64,000 nt of DNA. Source: Woeseiaceae bacterium (lineage in GTDB: Bacteria > Pseudomonadota > Gammaproteobacteria > Steroidobacterales > Woeseiaceae). The stretch spans positions 150-64,149 of the forward strand of contig JBFGFX010000001.1 in NCBI GenBank assembly GCA_041579335.1. Reading direction: 5' to 3'. The position numbers and the translations under genes were made by a program. Positions 62,094-64,000 of this stretch are shown piece after piece. Within the stretch, counting starts at the first letter, position 1. Every line of letters starts with the position of its first letter. Under the pieces are notes generated by a model. It was not told the DNA's origin and did no database searches. It saw only the letters and a program-made list of their open reading frames with translations.

Positions 62094-62489
62094 TCAGTAC
62101 TGATACTCGGTCTGCGACCGGTGGAGCTCTCTGAAGCGCTCCTTGCTCTCGGTCTCGAGCGCCTCGATCTCGGCTCGGGTTCGGCAGACCCGCATTGCAC
62201 GGTTCGATCCGGTCCGCTTCTCCAGGCGGCAAACCCGCTGAGCGGCGACGCTCGCGGTTGGAGGAGTATCGGCAGTGGATTGGACGCGCGGTATCTCGGC
62301 GACTTCCAGCACGGATTCGGTCGCATCGTCGACCGCCGGGTCGTCGTCCGCCGAAGCCGCCGCGCTGGCGACGCCCGCACGGTCGTCGGCGGCGCCGTCG
62401 GGGAGCGCATCGTTATCGGCTGCCGGACCGGACGCGGCGCAGCCGGCAAGACCCAACAACGTGGCGCTCAACAAGCAACGAAACTTCAT
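62094..62489 (-). CDS. small lipoprotein, hypothetical
   Basis: Track ORF 62094..62639, start re-set to MKFRCLLSATLLGLAGCAA (lipobox LAGC; ATG 62489). Confidence 0.6.
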   Translation of the reverse strand: MKFRCLLSATLLGLAGCAASGPAADNDALPDGAADDRAGVASAAASADDDPAVDDATESVLEVAEIPRVQSTADTPPTASVAAQRVCRLEKRTGSNRAMRVCRTRAEIEALETESKERFRELHRSQTEYQY

Positions 62490-62616
62490 ATCGTCCCCAC
62501 CGCTCGAGCCACGATAATAGCGCCCGGCAGGAGTCGAGACCAGCGACTGCGCTCGGCATCGGCTCATGACAAATTGGAATATCGAAACCTCGGAGCCGCG
62601 TTCCGCGGCGGCGCAA

Positions 62617-64000
62617 CTAGCGTCTGCGGGTGAATGCATCCAAGCTGCCGGGCGTAGAGGACAGGGCCTCGACCTCGTCGATCTCGATCGGGATGATTCG
62701 GCTCAACCACTCGTAACCGGAATCCGTCACCAGCACGTCGTCTTCGAAAGCGACGCGCGGTCCTTCGGGAGGCATCACGCCCTGCTCGATGGACAGCACC
62801 ATGCCGGACTTGAGCGGCGCGAGGTAGTCGCCCTCGTCGTGCACTTCCATGCCGATGAAGTGGCCGATGCCGTAGTAGTAGTGCTCGTCGTATCCGCCGG
62901 CGTCGCGCAGCATCTCGATCGCCTTGTCGTGCAGCTCCCACCAGGTGACGCCGGGTCGCACCATGTCGATGACGGTCTTTTGCACGTCCAGGGCGATCTC
63001 GTACAGCCGGCGCTGCTCGCTGCTGAAGCGACCGTCAATCGGCATGTTGCGCTGGATGTCGGCCGAGTAATGGTTGAACGCCGCGCCGGTATCGGTCCAG
63101 ACCATGTCGCCCGGTTGGAACATGGCGCCGCCCGATCGTGGCACGAATTCGATCCAGCCTTCGGGTATCGTCGGCTCGTCCGCGGTGGTCTCCACACCTT
63201 CGCGACGCACGGAGGTCGGAAAGCCCAAGGTCGCGCCGCGATAGCGATAGACGAAATCCATGACCTCCATGACCTGCTTCTCCGACATGCCCGGCCGCGC
63301 AGCGCGCAGGGCTTCGACCACGCCCTCTCCGGTGATTTCGACGGCGCGCTTTAGATTCGCGAGCGACCAGGAGTCCTGTAGCATGCGGACCTGATCGAGG
63401 ATGTCGGCGGAATCGCGTGCCTCGATCTCCGGGGAGAACCGCTTGATCCGCTCGAATTCGGCGAGGCGTGACGGTTCCGGCATGCCGAGCCGGAAAAAGC
63501 GTGGATAGTTGAGGTACAGCACCTTGTCGCGCTCACCCCAGGCGCGCGACAGCGCGGCCGCGAGCGGCCAGCGGCGCACCTGGGTGATGCGCCAGTCGCG
63601 GAAATCGGTCATCGCGACCGAGAGGTCGTTCTCCAATACCGCGAACGGACGCACGTCGTCGATACCGGTGCGCCGCGCGAGCGCCTCCGGATCTCCCGAG
63701 GTGTACAAGACCACCCAGCTCTTGACCGGTCCGTCGAGACGCCCGCGCGCGTCGGGAGCAGCAGGCAAGAGGAGCAGCGCCGAATCGAGACTGTCGAGGC
63801 CGTCGAGTCCGGACAGATAGATGAAGTCGTGGTTATCTGAATGCGGCACCTGGAATTCGAGGCGGCGCTCCTGAGCGCGTTCTACCGAGTAGATGAGCAT
63901 CGCGCCCTCCGGCATTGCCTCGAGCACCCGCGCGCGGCGTTTTGCGAAGATCTCCCGCAGCCGATCCGGGTCGGGATTATCGACGTCGAGCGTTGCGGCA
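62617..64000 (-). CDS. M24B Xaa-Pro aminopeptidase family protein; the 5' end probably lies beyond the window end
   Basis: Track ORF 62617..63927, but the frame stays open upstream to 64000 (...AATLDVDNPDPDRLREIFAKRRARVLEAMPEG). HYSADIQRNMPIDG, GIGHFIGMEVHD and SIEQG are metal-ligand regions of the M24 family. Confidence 0.85.
   Translation of the reverse strand, partial: AATLDVDNPDPDRLREIFAKRRARVLEAMPEGAMLIYSVERAQERRLEFQVPHSDNHDFIYLSGLDGLDSLDSALLLLPAAPDARGRLDGPVKSWVVLYTSGDPEALARRTGIDDVRPFAVLENDLSVAMTDFRDWRITQVRRWPLAAALSRAWGERDKVLYLNYPRFFRLGMPEPSRLAEFERIKRFSPEIEARDSADILDQVRMLQDSWSLANLKRAVEITGEGVVEALRAARPGMSEKQVMEVMDFVYRYRGATLGFPTSVRREGVETTADEPTIPEGWIEFVPRSGGAMFQPGDMVWTDTGAAFNHYSADIQRNMPIDGRFSSEQRRLYEIALDVQKTVIDMVRPGVTWWELHDKAIEMLRDAGGYDEHYYYGIGHFIGMEVHDEGDYLAPLKSGMVLSIEQGVMPPEGPRVAFEDDVLVTDSGYEWLSRIIPIEIDEVEALSSTPGSLDAFTRRR

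Noticed and set aside
1-64000. rRNA, tRNA, CRISPR arrays, insertion sequences, integrases and phage genes
   Set aside because: Intergenic regions are short (mostly under 200 bp). None showed tRNA-like T-arm/anticodon architecture, repeat-spacer periodicity or terminal inverted repeats. No ORF resembled a transposase or recombinase. This was a visual scan only, not a covariance-model search.

Overview
GC-rich (by eye about 60-65 %, not computed), densely coding bacterial chromosomal segment. I can support about 57 protein-coding genes. I recognised no rRNA, tRNA, CRISPR array, transposase or integrase. The ORF track holds many long Arg/Pro/Ala-rich ORFs antisense to real genes, which is typical of high-GC DNA. 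Several track ORFs are over-extended at the 5' end, so I re-set their starts from protein features and ribosome-binding sites. The gene content (TonB-dependent receptor, Omp85-type protein, lipoproteins, ECF sigma factor) indicates a Gram-negative bacterium, probably a proteobacterium; a finer taxonomic call is not supportable from the sequence alone.

Three blocks stand out:

1. 19.1-30.2 kb, minus strand. Nine tightly packed genes in the order rnfB, a 1641-aa pyruvate:ferredoxin oxidoreductase (PFOR) with a tethered C-terminal ferredoxin module, rnfC, rnfD, rnfG, rnfE, rnfA, a small Cys-rich membrane protein, and a plant-type ferredoxin-NADP reductase. This looks like a hard-wired pyruvate / ferredoxin / NAD(P)H / ion-gradient module.

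2. 38.8-52.9 kb. A TonB-dependent receptor is apparently translationally coupled to an uncharacterised isoprenoid-type cluster. The cluster holds two large flavoproteins, a polyprenyl diphosphate synthase, an SDR, and three acetoacetate-decarboxylase-like domains spread over two proteins.

3. 53.0-62.1 kb. A consolidated neutral-lipid module: acyl-CoA synthetase, WS/DGAT, an alpha/beta hydrolase, a HAD-AGPAT fusion, a PlsB-like GPAT and an Omp85-family protein.

The rest is ordinary housekeeping or accessory content. It includes an M13 peptidase, an ECF sigma operon, a DUF1800/DUF1501 pair, a GAF-GGDEF cyclase, a SAM-cyclase-STAND-TPR protein, and an HTH/TPR regulator next to two orphan Cys-rich secreted proteins that share an upstream 14-mer.
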